Shown: piece by piece, positions 39,471 to 55,500 of the stretch
Numbering within the stretch: the stretch's first letter is position 1
Layout: each line of letters starts with the position of its first letter
Source of the DNA: Myxococcota bacterium
Lineage (GTDB): Bacteria > Myxococcota_A > Polyangia > Polyangiales > Sandaracinaceae
Length of the DNA stretch: 64,000 bases
Assembly (NCBI GenBank): GCA_036149055.1
Contig: JAYZQJ010000227.1
Span: 64,001-128,000, forward strand
Reading direction: 5' to 3'
Translations under genes and position numbers: made by a program
The notes under the pieces: generated by a model
The model's database searches: none
What the model was told of the DNA's origin: nothing
The model's input: only the letters and a program-made list of their open reading frames with translations

Positions 39471-40437
39471 CGTGCGCAAGGTGCGCGAGATCCTCTTCCG
39501 CCGGGCCGGCATCGAGCTCGGAGAGGAGCGCCGCTACCTCGTGGTCGAGCGGCTCGGCGCGATGGCGCGCGAGCTCGCCTACGAGTCCGCCGCCGACCTC
39601 GTCCGACGCGCCCCGGCGGAGCAGCTCGACCAGGCGGTGCTCGAGGCGCTCACCACCCACGAGACCTCGTTCTTCCGCGAGCCCCAGGTGTTCGAGGCGC
39701 TGCGGATGCACGTCCTGCCCGAGCTGATCGCGAGCGCCCGGCAGCACCGCCGGCTCTGGCTCTGGTCGGCCGCCGCCTCGACCGGGCAAGAGGCCTACAG
39801 CCTCGCGATGCAGCTGCACGCGAGCTTCCCCGAGGTCCACGACTGGGACGTGCGCATCTTTGCGACCGATCTCTCGGCGCGGGTGGTCGGTCGCATCGAG
39901 CGCGGCCTCTACACCGAGTGGGAGACCCGGCGCGGGCTGCCGCCCCACCTGCACTCGCGCTACCTCGTGCGTCGGGGCGGCGAGTGGGAGGTCGTGCCCG
40001 AGCTGCGTCGCTGGGTGCGCGCGTCGCAGCTGAACCTGATCGACGCCTGGCCCACCAGCCTGCGCGACCTCGACCTCGTGCTGGTGCGCAACGTCCTCAT
40101 CTATCTCCACGACGGCGCCCGCTGGGCGATCCTCCGCCGCGTCCGCGACGTGTTGAAGCCGAGAGGACGGCTCGTGCTCGGCAGCTCCGAGTCCCGCATC
40201 CGCGGGAGCGAGCTCTTCGAGGCGCAGCGGCTCGGCGGCGCCCTGTTCCATCGGCCCCCGGGCTTCGGCGACGAGCTCGAGGAGACCAAGCCCTACCGCC
40301 GCCTCCCGGCCGCGCTGCGAGCGCCTCGCGACGTGCGGCGGACGAAGTCCGGCACCGGCGTGACCGACACGGCGGAGCTGGAGGACATCGCGCGCGCGCT
40401 CCGCGCCAGCGCCGCCGCGCTCAAGAAGGTGCGTTGA
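39457..40437 (+). CDS. cheR: Chemotaxis methyltransferase CheR
   Basis: TTHETSFFRE, WSAAASTGQEAYS, ATDLS, RNVLIY. Confidence 0.93.
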   Translation: MDDADVRKVREILFRRAGIELGEERRYLVVERLGAMARELAYESAADLVRRAPAEQLDQAVLEALTTHETSFFREPQVFEALRMHVLPELIASARQHRRLWLWSAAASTGQEAYSLAMQLHASFPEVHDWDVRIFATDLSARVVGRIERGLYTEWETRRGLPPHLHSRYLVRRGGEWEVVPELRRWVRASQLNLIDAWPTSLRDLDLVLVRNVLIYLHDGARWAILRRVRDVLKPRGRLVLGSSESRIRGSELFEAQRLGGALFHRPPGFGDELEETKPYRRLPAALRAPRDVRRTKSGTGVTDTAELEDIARALRASAAALKKVR

Positions 40438-40454
40438 GAGAGATCGGAGGGACA

Positions 40455-40628
40455 GTGCAGAAGACGATGGAAGACCTCTTCCCGGGGAACATGGGCCGGA
40501 TGCTCATGATCCGGGTGATGTTGAAGCTACGCATGCCCGACCTGAAGGACATGCCCCGAACGGAGCCGCTCGACCCGTCGCTGGTCTCGAGGCTCGAGAC
40601 CACGATCGCGCAGGTTCAGCTGGGTTGA
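40455..40628 (+). CDS. Small hypothetical protein (~57 aa)
   Basis: GGAGG then GTG 40455 (alternative TTG 40434 overlaps the cheR stop); fills the gap before the next RBS. Confidence 0.55.
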   Translation: MQKTMEDLFPGNMGRMLMIRVMLKLRMPDLKDMPRTEPLDPSLVSRLETTIAQVQLG

Positions 40629-40638
40629 GGAGGACGAG

Positions 40639-41871
40639 ATGACGAGAGAGACCGGAGACGTCACGCGCGTGGATCACGGCCGCACCCTGATGTCGGGCGA
40701 GCCGCTGGTGTTCCACTGCAACCACTACAACTACTGGCTGCAGAAGACCCTGCTGCTGCCCGAGGGCCTCGGCATGCGCGCGGTGATCCGCGACGCCGCC
40801 AGCAGCGCGGCCCACGCGATGATCACCCAGGCCGCCCGCGAGCGCGGCGCCACCGAGCCGGCCGAGATCCTGCGCATCGCCGCGGACTGCTTCTCGGCCC
40901 TGGGCTTCGGCACGATGGACTTCTCGGGCGCCGGCGAGGCCGGCGGCGCGGTGCGCACCCCCACCAGTCACTACGGTCAGTGCCTCCGCATGGCGTCGGG
41001 CGCGGACTTCGCCGAGCCGCAGGAGCTGTTCGACCAGGGCTACGCCGCGGGCGCGCTCGCGGCGGCTCACGGCAGGCCGGCGGGCAGCTACGCGGCGCGC
41101 AGCGAGGCGAGCCAGTCGATGGGCGCCGAGGTCGGGGAGATCGCGCTCGCGCCGCGCGAGGCGCCCGCCGACTTCTTCACCGCGCCGGGCCGCGGCCCGC
41201 ACGCGGCCGGCGACGTCCCGCCCCAGAGCCCCGACACGAACGTGGACGAGGGCGCGGTCCTGAGCGCGCTCGCCGGGCTCGACCTCTCGGGGAACGAGGA
41301 GGGCCTGCTCCCGCGCTTCGGCGTGATCCTCACGAACCACTTCGCCAACTTCTACGACCGCATCTCCTTCGAGTTCGTCCGCCGCATGGACGGCACCGGC
41401 ATGCTCGACATGGCGGAGGAGCTCCTCGTGGAGGCCGGCTACCGCTGCGCCTTCAACACCTTCGGCGGCATCATGACCAGCGCCGAGTGGGACGCGGTGG
41501 TGAAGCCCCAGTGCAAGACCACCGAGGACTGGGTCCACGGCATGGTCGCGGTGGCCAACGCGCTCGGCTGGGGCGTCTGGCGCGTGCACGAGCTGACCCC
41601 GAGCCGCCTCGTCGTGCGCATCTGGGACGACTACGAGTCGACCGGCTACCTCGGCATGTACGGCGAGAGCGATCGCTTCGTCTCGCACCTCGCCGCGGGC
41701 GGCGTCGCTGGCCTCATGAACCTCGTCTACCCGGGCCGCATCGCCGAGCGCCCGACCCTCGACGCCGAGTACTACGCGCGCATCTTCGAGTCCCCCGAGC
41801 GCTTCGAGCCTCGCGGCGTGAAGTGCATGGCGTCCGGCGACGCCTACACCGAGGTGGTGGCGGAGCGGTGA
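40639..41871 (+). CDS. Protein with two tandem V4R-like domains
   Basis: Internal duplication: ALGFG...FDQGYAAGALA and ALGWG...HLAAGGVAGLM...KCMASGDAYTEV; N-terminal HCNHY; RBS GAGGAGG. Confidence 0.7.
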   Translation: MTRETGDVTRVDHGRTLMSGEPLVFHCNHYNYWLQKTLLLPEGLGMRAVIRDAASSAAHAMITQAARERGATEPAEILRIAADCFSALGFGTMDFSGAGEAGGAVRTPTSHYGQCLRMASGADFAEPQELFDQGYAAGALAAAHGRPAGSYAARSEASQSMGAEVGEIALAPREAPADFFTAPGRGPHAAGDVPPQSPDTNVDEGAVLSALAGLDLSGNEEGLLPRFGVILTNHFANFYDRISFEFVRRMDGTGMLDMAEELLVEAGYRCAFNTFGGIMTSAEWDAVVKPQCKTTEDWVHGMVAVANALGWGVWRVHELTPSRLVVRIWDDYESTGYLGMYGESDRFVSHLAAGGVAGLMNLVYPGRIAERPTLDAEYYARIFESPERFEPRGVKCMASGDAYTEVVAER

Positions 41872-42179
41872 AGCCCCCCTTCGAGGTCGAGCGCGACGCC
41901 CGCTGCCAGCGCGGCCTCCGCTTCCTCTACCGAGCGCGCTTCGACCCCGACGCGCTCGCCGACGCCCTCGACGCGGCGTACGACGGAATGGTCGTGCGCC
42001 ACGTCGAGGCGCTCGGAGACACCCGCACCGAGCGCGTCATCGTGCAGTTCCAGGTCGAGTACCGGGTCGGCGAGCGAGAAGGAGAGGTCTCCCTCACCCA
42101 CCGCGTCAGCGCCTCCCCCGAGATCCGCGCGCGCAGCCACCGCGTGCTCGAAGACACCCTCACCCGCCTCGCCGCCTGA
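41868..42179 (+). CDS. Small hypothetical protein
   Basis: GTGA overlap with the upstream stop; 103 aa. Confidence 0.65.
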   Translation: MKPPFEVERDARCQRGLRFLYRARFDPDALADALDAAYDGMVVRHVEALGDTRTERVIVQFQVEYRVGEREGEVSLTHRVSASPEIRARSHRVLEDTLTRLAA

Positions 42180-42278
42180 CGCCAAACGTCAGCAACCGCC
42201 TACACAAGGCAACAAGTCAACTCCGTCCCCCAGTCCCGATTCGAGGACCGGCGTCGGCCGCCACCCGCCAGGAACCGG

Positions 42279-42392
42279 CCGCGAGGACGAGCGAAGCGAA
42301 GTCGAGCCCGCCACTCGGCCGCGAGGACGAGCGAAGCGAAGTCGAGCCCGCCACTCGGACCGCGAGGACGAGCGAAGCGAAGTCGAGCCCGC
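42279..42392. repeat. Three tandem copies of a ~40-bp unit
   Basis: CCGCGAGGACGAGCGAAGCGAAGTCGAGCCCGC at 42279, 42319 and 42360. Confidence 0.92.
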
Positions 42393-42543
42393 GAACCGAG
42401 CCCGGGTGGCGTCCCGCCCAGACAAAGGCGGCCAGCGAGCGCGAAGCGCGAGCGCGAGCCGCAGGGCCCCCAGCGCCCCGCGCTGGGGTCGCGGGACGAG
42501 CGCGAAGCGCGACGTCCCGACGGAGTCGGGTGGGGGGCCCCAT
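42367..42543 (-). repeat. Dispersed structured element, family A, copy 2
   Basis: Reverse complement matches 7038-7204 (core 62/67 nt). Confidence 0.85.
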
Positions 42544-42585
42544 GGGCGCTTTGCCCCATGGGGGGAGGGTTTGCCTCAAACCCTC

Positions 42586-49212
<6,627 letters not shown>

Positions 49213-49439
49213 CGAAGAAGCTCCCGAGGCTGTTCCGGGCGAGCGTGCGTAGGCTCACTCGCGCCCGATCAGGGAACCATGACCACTGCAATCGGTCAAT
49301 GTCGGTGAATGCCCCACGCGGGCCTCGGGCGAGCTATGATCGGTGAAAAGACGAGGATTTGTCCGCGCGCCCGCGTTCGTGGACACTTCGACACTCACCC
49401 GTGCCTCCGAAGCTCACCAGAAGCGCCATCGAACGGGCC

Positions 49440-52361
49440 GTGAATCGGCCGACCGTGCTGATGGTCGGCGACGGCGATCCGATGGACGCCGCGCTCAAGG
49501 TCGCCCTCGACCGACACGGGCTCTTCGTGGAGGCGGTGGGCCTCGAGAACCTGCGCCGCTCGGTCCACCTCGCCGCCCCGGACCTGATCCTCCTGCTCGG
49601 GGACGCGGCCGCCCAGGGCGGGGTCGCCGCGCTGACGGTCCTGGCCGAGGACCCCTCGACCGCCGCCGTGCCGGTGGTGCTGCTCGCCCAGGACGCCCGG
49701 CTCGAGAGCCGGATGCACGCCTTCCGCCACGGCGCGATGGCGGTGGTGCCGCGGAGCGCGAGCGCGGACGCCATCGCCCGGAAGGTCGCCCAGCTCTCGA
49801 AGGAGCTGTCGGAGCACTTCGAGGAGAAGACCGGCGAGATCGGCGAGGCCACCTTCGACGAGCTGGTCGAGCTGGTGAAGAAGGAGCTCCGGAGCGGGAT
49901 CCTCTCGGTGCACACCCCCGGCCACAAGGGCGGCCCGATGCGGGTGGTGCTCGGGGCCGGCCGGCCGGTCGCGGCGGCGGTGCAGGAGTTCGTCGCCCGC
50001 CTGAAGCCGCACGTGCAGCAGGCCGACGCGATGTACTACCAGTTCCACACCAGCGCGGGCGGGCCGGTGGAGCTGCTCGAGGCCGACGCGCCCGGGACCG
50101 GCGACGTCTCGGCCTACGAGCGCCTCCGGGTCCTCCTGGTCGACGACGATCCGGCCCGGGCGGACACCCTGGCCCAGGAGCTGCGGACCCGCGGCGCGCT
50201 GGTCTTCGTCACCGACACCAAGGGCCAGGGGCTGCACCGCGCGGTCGGCCTGGACCCCCAGGTCGCGATCATCGACGCGGCGGGGCTCGAGGGTCAGGGC
50301 TTCGAGGTCGTCCGCGCCATCCGGAAGGACGTGCGCCTCCGCTGGGCCTCGATCCTGGTCGCCCCCTGGGAGGAGGTCTGGCCCAAGGGCGCGCTGACCC
50401 CGGACATGGAGCGCCTGGCGGCCCGCATCGAGCCGCTGCTCCAGCCCGAGCAGGACCTCACCGAGCGCGCGCAGTCGGAGGAGCCCTTCGACATCCGGCT
50501 CGAGTCCACCGGGCCCAGCCGCATGATGCGGGTCCTGGTCGACAACGGCGCGACCATGCACCTGACGGTGCGCAACCCCAAGGCGGTGGTCGACCTCGAC
50601 CTGGCCCAGAACCTGGTGGTCGGCGCGTCGGCGCGCCCCTCGGGCGGCATGCGGGTGGAGGGCCCGGCCGCGCTCGCCACCCTGCTGTCGCTCGGCTCGG
50701 GGCGGGTGCACGTCGAGCGCCGCACCAACCCCTCGGTCGCCAACGTGATGGCCCCCCTCGACGAGGCGCTCGCGTCCGCGGCCCAGGAGGAGAGCGCGGT
50801 GCGCCCCTCGTCGGCGCCGCCGTCGTCGATGTCGCCCGCCCGTCCGCTGCCGAAGGCGCCGCCCCCGCCCCGCTCCCCGGACGACTCGGTCAGCGGCCCG
50901 CTCCTCCGCCCCACGCCGAGCGCCTCCTCGAGCGACGCGCCGACCGGGGCGCCGGGCAAGGGAGACCTCCGCTGGGACGCGACCCAGTCCGCCGAGGCGT
51001 TCGTGCCCCTCGAGGACGACGACGAGGCGCCGGAGCAGGCGCAGACGAAGATCAAGGATCTCTCCAAGCTGGCCGAGGCCGGCGAGGCGATCCTGGAGGA
51101 TCGGTCGGTGGCGCCGCCCGCGCCGCCCCCGCCGGTGGGGCCGGTCGCGGCGAACGAGCGACTCCGGCAGCGGACGAAGCGCAAGGCGACCCTGGTGATG
51201 GGCGCGCCGGCGCCGGCCGAGCTCCGGCAGCCGTCCCCGCCGCCCCCGCCGCCGCCGGACTCGAGCGGCCAGCCCACGGTGCCGGCGCCGCCTCCGAGCG
51301 AGGAGCTGCTGGAGAGCGACGAGCTGGTCGAGGACACCGACACGGTGACCGAGGCGCGCCCGCCGCGGCTGAAGGCGACGATGGTCGGCATGCAGGCGCC
51401 GCCGATCCCGCCCGCGCCGCCGGCCCCGACCCTCGAGCCGGCCGACAGCGAGATCACGACCACCGAGGCGGACTCCGAGCCCCCGCCGTCGCTGCCGGTG
51501 GCGCCGGTGGAGGCCCGACGGGAGGCGGCCGCCGAGCCGACCGAGCCGATCGCGGTCGCGCGGCGCGGCGGGCCGACCCGGACGCTGGCGAAGATCTTCG
51601 TGGCGCTGGCGGCGATCGTGCTGATCGGGGTGCTGGCGCTGATCGGGTACCGGAGGTCGGGGCAGTCGGTGCCGGAGATCGACCGGATCCTGGTGAGCCT
51701 CGGGGTGCCGCCGGGGGAGACCGAGGTCGAAGTCGAGACCGGAGCCGAAGCCGAGGCCGAAGCCGAGGCCGAAGCCGAGACCGAAGCCGAAGCCGGAGCC
51801 GAGACCGAAGCCGAAGCCGAAGCCGAAGCCGAGACCGAAGCCGGAGCCGAGACCGAAGCCGGCGCCGAAGCCGAAGCCGAGACCGGAGCCGAGACCGAAG
51901 CCGGAGCCGGAGCCGAGACCGAAGCTGAGACCGAAGCCGAAGCCGAAGCCGAAGCCGAAGCCGAGGCCGAGGCCGAGGCCGAGGCCGAGACCGAGACCGA
52001 GGCGGACGGAGACGACGTCGACGAGGCGAGCACGGCCGAGGAGCTGGTGGCGCGGGCGCGGCGGGCGGGGAACAGCGAGCTGGCGGTCACGCTCTACCGG
52101 CGGGCGCTGCGGCTGGACTCGCAGGAGCACCACGCGATGGTGGGGCTCGCGCGCATCCTGATGGACCGCGGGGAGAACGCGGAGGCGGCGGAGCTGCTCC
52201 GGGGCGCCGTGGGGCGGCGGCCGCGGCGGGCGTCGTACCGGATCTGGCTGGGCGACGCGCTCGCCGCTGCCGGTGACGGCGCCGGGGCGCGGCGCGAGTG
52301 GCAGCGCGCGCTGGAGCTCGACCCCGACAACCGTCAGGCGCAGCGGCGACTCGGCGGTTGA
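49440..52361 (+). CDS. Membrane-anchored multidomain protein: two atypical receiver-like domains, Pro-rich linker, TM helix, Glu-Ala tract, C-terminal TPRs
   Basis: VLMVGDGD...PDLILLL; VLLVDDD...[29 protein letters not shown]-like YRRALRLD and WQRALELDP; start uncertain (ORF opens at 49359). Confidence 0.8.
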   Translation: MNRPTVLMVGDGDPMDAALKVALDRHGLFVEAVGLENLRRSVHLAAPDLILLLGDAAAQGGVAALTVLAEDPSTAAVPVVLLAQDARLESRMHAFRHGAMAVVPRSASADAIARKVAQLSKELSEHFEEKTGEIGEATFDELVELVKKELRSGILSVHTPGHKGGPMRVVLGAGRPVAAAVQEFVARLKPHVQQADAMYYQFHTSAGGPVELLEADAPGTGDVSAYERLRVLLVDDDPARADTLAQELRTRGALVFVTDTKGQGLHRAVGLDPQVAIIDAAGLEGQGFEVVRAIRKDVRLRWASILVAPWEEVWPKGALTPDMERLAARIEPLLQPEQDLTERAQSEEPFDIRLESTGPSRMMRVLVDNGATMHLTVRNPKAVVDLDLAQNLVVGASARPSGGMRVEGPAALATLLSLGSGRVHVERRTNPSVANVMAPLDEALASAAQEESAVRPSSAPPSSMSPARPLPKAPPPPRSPDDSVSGPLLRPTPSASSSDAPTGAPGKGDLRWDATQSAEAFVPLEDDDEAPEQAQTKIKDLSKLAEAGEAILEDRSVAPPAPPPPVGPVAANERLRQRTKRKATLVMGAPAPAELRQPSPPPPPPPDSSGQPTVPAPPPSEELLESDELVEDTDTVTEARPPRLKATMVGMQAPPIPPAPPAPTLEPADSEITTTEADSEPPPSLPVAPVEARREAAAEPTEPIAVARRGGPTRTLAKIFVALAAIVLIGVLALIGYRRSGQSVPEIDRILVSLGVPPGETEVEVETGAEAEAEAEAEAETEAEAGAETEAEAEAEAETEAGAETEAGAEAEAETGAETEAGAGAETEAETEAEAEAEAEAEAEAEAEAETETEADGDDVDEASTAEELVARARRAGNSELAVTLYRRALRLDSQEHHAMVGLARILMDRGENAEAAELLRGAVGRRPRRASYRIWLGDALAAAGDGAGARREWQRALELDPDNRQAQRRLGG
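51718..52005 (+). repeat. In-frame hexamer tract encoding (E-A/T/G)n
   Basis: GAAGCC/GAGGCC/GAGACC units. Confidence 0.9.
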
Positions 52362-52438
52362 GCGGTCAGGTGATCTTAAGCCGACGCGTGGATTGACGGG
52401 CGCGGGCGGCTCGTCGAGGCTTGGCCGAGGAGCTTCTC

Positions 52439-53608
52439 ATGCGTCACCTCGCCCGCCTCGCCTCGCCGCTGTCCATCCTGCTCGCGCTCACCGCCTGTGA
52501 GGCGGGGGGCGGCACCGGCCCTCGACGCGACGGGGGCGGCACCGCGGAGGAGGGCGAGGCCCGCTGTCACGACGGGCGCGACGACGACGGCGACGGCTGG
52601 ATCGACTGCGAGGATCCCGGCTGCTTCGCCCTCGCCTCGTGCGGGCCGGGCGACGGAGGCCCGCGGCGCGACGTCGGCTTCATGGGCTGCGTCGGCACGC
52701 CCTACGAGGGCATGGAGGCGTTCGCGCCGATCGACATCGTCTGGGTCGTCGACACCTCCGGCAGCATGCGCAACGAGGCCGAGCGCGTGCAGGAGAACAT
52801 GCAGCGCTTCGCCACCGCCATCGGCGGGGTCGGGCTCGACTGGCACGTCGTCGTCATCAGCACCCAGGACTACGTCAACGTGCCCGAGCCGCTGGCGAGC
52901 GACCCGCGCTACCGCCTGATCAACCGCCCGGTGAGCTCCAGCGAGCCGCTGCGCGCGCTCCTCGACGAGTGGCCGCGCTACCAGGACTTCCTCCGCCGCA
53001 GCGCGCTCATCCACTTCATCGCCGTCACCGACGACGAGAGCGACCTGTCCTGGATGGACTTCCAGAGACAGATGCGGCTCAACCTCGAGCGCAACTTCAT
53101 CTTCCACACCATCAGCTCCGAGGTCGCGGGCCCGCCGAGCTTCATGTACCCGGAGGGTCAGCCCTGTCAGACCAGCGCCGGCTTCCCGCCCGAGGGCGCG
53201 GCCGAGCCCGGTGTGCAGTACTGGGAGCTGGCGAGCGCCACCGGCGGCCGGACGTTCTCGATCTGCACCCCGTCCGAGGAGTGGGCGTCGCTCTTCGACA
53301 GCCTCACCGCCGCGATCGCGGTCCCCCAGTCCATCCCCTGCGAGTACGAGATCCCGGCGCCGCCCGACGGCGAAGAGCTCGACTTCCTGCGCGTCAACGT
53401 GCGCTACCGCTCGGGCGGCGGCGAGTCCACGGTCTTCCCCTACGTCGGCAGCGACGACGGCGCCGACTGCAGCACGACCGGCTGGTACTACGACGACCCC
53501 GCGAACCCGACCCGCATCATCCTCTGCCCCAACGCCTGCACCCAGGTCAGCGGCGACTCCGCCGGCCGCGTCGACGTCGAGCTAGGCTGCCAGACGTTCA
53601 TCATCTAG
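52439..53608 (+). CDS. VWA-domain lipoprotein
   Basis: LLALTAC lipobox; DDDGDGWIDCEDP; VVDTSGSM MIDAS; VTDD; C-terminal GWYYD...LCPNAC. Confidence 0.85.
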   Translation: MRHLARLASPLSILLALTACEAGGGTGPRRDGGGTAEEGEARCHDGRDDDGDGWIDCEDPGCFALASCGPGDGGPRRDVGFMGCVGTPYEGMEAFAPIDIVWVVDTSGSMRNEAERVQENMQRFATAIGGVGLDWHVVVISTQDYVNVPEPLASDPRYRLINRPVSSSEPLRALLDEWPRYQDFLRRSALIHFIAVTDDESDLSWMDFQRQMRLNLERNFIFHTISSEVAGPPSFMYPEGQPCQTSAGFPPEGAAEPGVQYWELASATGGRTFSICTPSEEWASLFDSLTAAIAVPQSIPCEYEIPAPPDGEELDFLRVNVRYRSGGGESTVFPYVGSDDGADCSTTGWYYDDPANPTRIILCPNACTQVSGDSAGRVDVELGCQTFII

Positions 53609-53646
53609 CTTCGGCCAGACCGCTCGGTGTGCTTCGGAGCTCGTTG

Positions 53647-53809
53647 GCTCTCGCAAAGCCGCAGAGCCGCAAAGATGAGAGGCGGGGCCACGGGATGGAC
53701 CCACGCCACCAGGTCCGGCGCTGACTGGCCGCGGGCCGCCGGCACGCCCCGGCCAGCCGCCATCCCGCCGCCAACCCGACCCTTTGCGGCTTCGCGCCTT
53801 TGCGAGAGC
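53647..53809. repeat. REP/MITE-like element with 28-bp imperfect inverted ends (family B)
   Basis: 53647-53674 versus the reverse complement of 53782-53809: 25/28 match; right half resembles the 109-bp unit. Confidence 0.8.
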
Positions 53810-53867
53810 ACAAAGCCGCCGCTGCGAGAGCACGGAGCCACCGCACGTCGAACGGCGGAGGCGAGGG

Positions 53868-54185
53868 TCAGGCTTTGGTCGACAGCGAGGCTCGCTTCTC
53901 GAAGTTGCCGGTCAGGCGGCTGTAGCGGAGGCGGGCCTCGACGGCGGGGACGTCGCGGTAGCCGCCCTCGGCGGTGAGCGGGAGCTCGATGCGCTGGGTG
54001 CGCGCGAAGTCCGGGCGGGGGCCGATGAAGGTCTCGATCACGTAGCGGCCGGGCTGCACGTCGAGGCTGACGTCGAAGCCCTCCTTGAAGCTCCCGTCGA
54101 AGAGCGTGCGGCCGTCGAGGCGGACCACGAGCCGGGGCGCGTTGAGGAAGAAGCCGGGCCGGTCGAAGCTCACGCGGAGACGCAT
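53868..54185 (-). CDS. Small hypothetical protein
   Basis: 105-aa ORF from ATG 54185; beta-rich pattern. Confidence 0.65.
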   Translation of the reverse strand: MRLRVSFDRPGFFLNAPRLVVRLDGRTLFDGSFKEGFDVSLDVQPGRYVIETFIGPRPDFARTQRIELPLTAEGGYRDVPAVEARLRYSRLTGNFEKRASLSTKA

Positions 54186-54221
54186 CGCAGGCTCACTATG
54201 ACGCGTGTGGCAAGCTCCGGC

Positions 54222-54689
54222 ATGGCCAAGGGTCGACGACCGAAGGCGTGCCCGTGCGGGAGCGGGGCGCGCTACGCGAGCTGCTGCCAGCCGTACCACG
54301 CGGGCGGCGAGGCGGAGACGCCCGAGCGGCTCATGCGATCGCGCTTCGCCGCCTTCGCGCTCGGCGAGGGCGGCTACCTCTTGCGGACCACCCACCCCGG
54401 CCACCCCCTCTCGCTCCGGCCGCCTGACGAGGCGATCCGCGAGCTCTCCACCGCGCGACAGCGCCTGCGCTACCTCGACCTCGCCGTGCACGACGCGCGG
54501 GAGGACGGCGACCGAGGCCAGGTGCTCTTCACCGCGCGGGTCTTCGAGCGGGGCCGGGACGTCTCGTTCACCGAGCTGAGCGACTTCGAGCGGGTCGACG
54601 GCGCGTGGCGTTATCTCGACGGCCTCACCGCGCCGGCCCTCGACGCGCCGCCCGACTCGATCGACGCTTTCCTCGAACGGCTCGAGTGA
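54222..54689 (+). CDS. YchJ-family protein (SEC-C motif)
   Basis: CPCGSG...CCQPYH, LMRSRFAAF, WRYLDG. Confidence 0.88.
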   Translation: MAKGRRPKACPCGSGARYASCCQPYHAGGEAETPERLMRSRFAAFALGEGGYLLRTTHPGHPLSLRPPDEAIRELSTARQRLRYLDLAVHDAREDGDRGQVLFTARVFERGRDVSFTELSDFERVDGAWRYLDGLTAPALDAPPDSIDAFLERLE

Positions 54690-54690
54690 G

Positions 54691-55035
54691 ATGGAGACGC
54701 CCCCCGACCGCGACGGCCCCTTCCGCGCCCCGGAGCTGACCCCGGACGCGCGGCGCCAGAAAGAGCACGAGGCGAGCTGGGACCGGGTCGCGCGGTGGGC
54801 CGAGCGGAGCGCGGCCGAGGAGCGCGCCCGGAGCGCCCGCCGGGTGCGCTGGAGCTGGATCGCCCTCGGGATCTCGTGCGCCGGGCTCGCGGCTGGCGTC
54901 GCGCTGTCGTTCCGCTACCCGAGCGCGCTCGCCTGGCTCTGTCTCGGAGTGGCGGCCGTGCTCACGAGCGGGCTGACCCTGCTCTACAACCGCCGGCTCG
55001 ACGGTTTCTTGGAGCGCGGAGGACCCGGGCCGTAG
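54691..55035 (+). CDS. Small two-TM membrane protein
   Basis: Two hydrophobic segments; operonic spacing. Confidence 0.6.
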   Translation: METPPDRDGPFRAPELTPDARRQKEHEASWDRVARWAERSAAEERARSARRVRWSWIALGISCAGLAAGVALSFRYPSALAWLCLGVAAVLTSGLTLLYNRRLDGFLERGGPGP

Positions 55036-55044
55036 CTTCGGCCC

Positions 55045-55500
55045 ATGCGCCTCATCGTCTGCGTCGCCCTGATCGTGCTCGGCCTCTCGGGCTGCATCTT
55101 CCAGAACCTCTCGGCCACCCGGCGCCTGACCGACCAAGTCTACGCGCTGAACGACGAGACGCGCTGGGGCCGCGTCGACCTCGCCTCGCAGCGCGTCGCG
55201 CCCGACTACCGCGTCGCCTTCCTGCAGCGCCACCACGCCTGGGGCCGGCACTTCCAGATCGCCGACACCGACCTCACCAACGTGGTGATGAACCCGGACT
55301 CCGACGGCGCGACCAGCCTCATCGCCGTCTCCTGGTACGACCAGCGCACGATGACCCTGCACGGCACCGTGCTCGAGCAGACCTGGACCCGCCTCGACGA
55401 TCACTACGTGCTCGAGTCCGAGCGCATCGTCGACGGCGACGAGCGCCTCCTCGCCCCGCCGGAGACCGAAGACGACGACCGCGTCGCCGTCGCCGAGTGA
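55045..55500 (+). CDS. Hypothetical lipoprotein
   Basis: MRLIVCVALIVLGLSGC lipobox. Confidence 0.75.
   Translation: MRLIVCVALIVLGLSGCIFQNLSATRRLTDQVYALNDETRWGRVDLASQRVAPDYRVAFLQRHHAWGRHFQIADTDLTNVVMNPDSDGATSLIAVSWYDQRTMTLHGTVLEQTWTRLDDHYVLESERIVDGDERLLAPPETEDDDRVAVAE

Noticed and set aside
42180..42270. Possible tRNA or att site in a lower-GC intergenic stretch
   Set aside because: No cloverleaf could be built and no integrase is nearby.
42279..42392. Possible mini-CRISPR
   Set aside because: The repeats are separated by only 7-8 near-identical nucleotides; there are no spacers.
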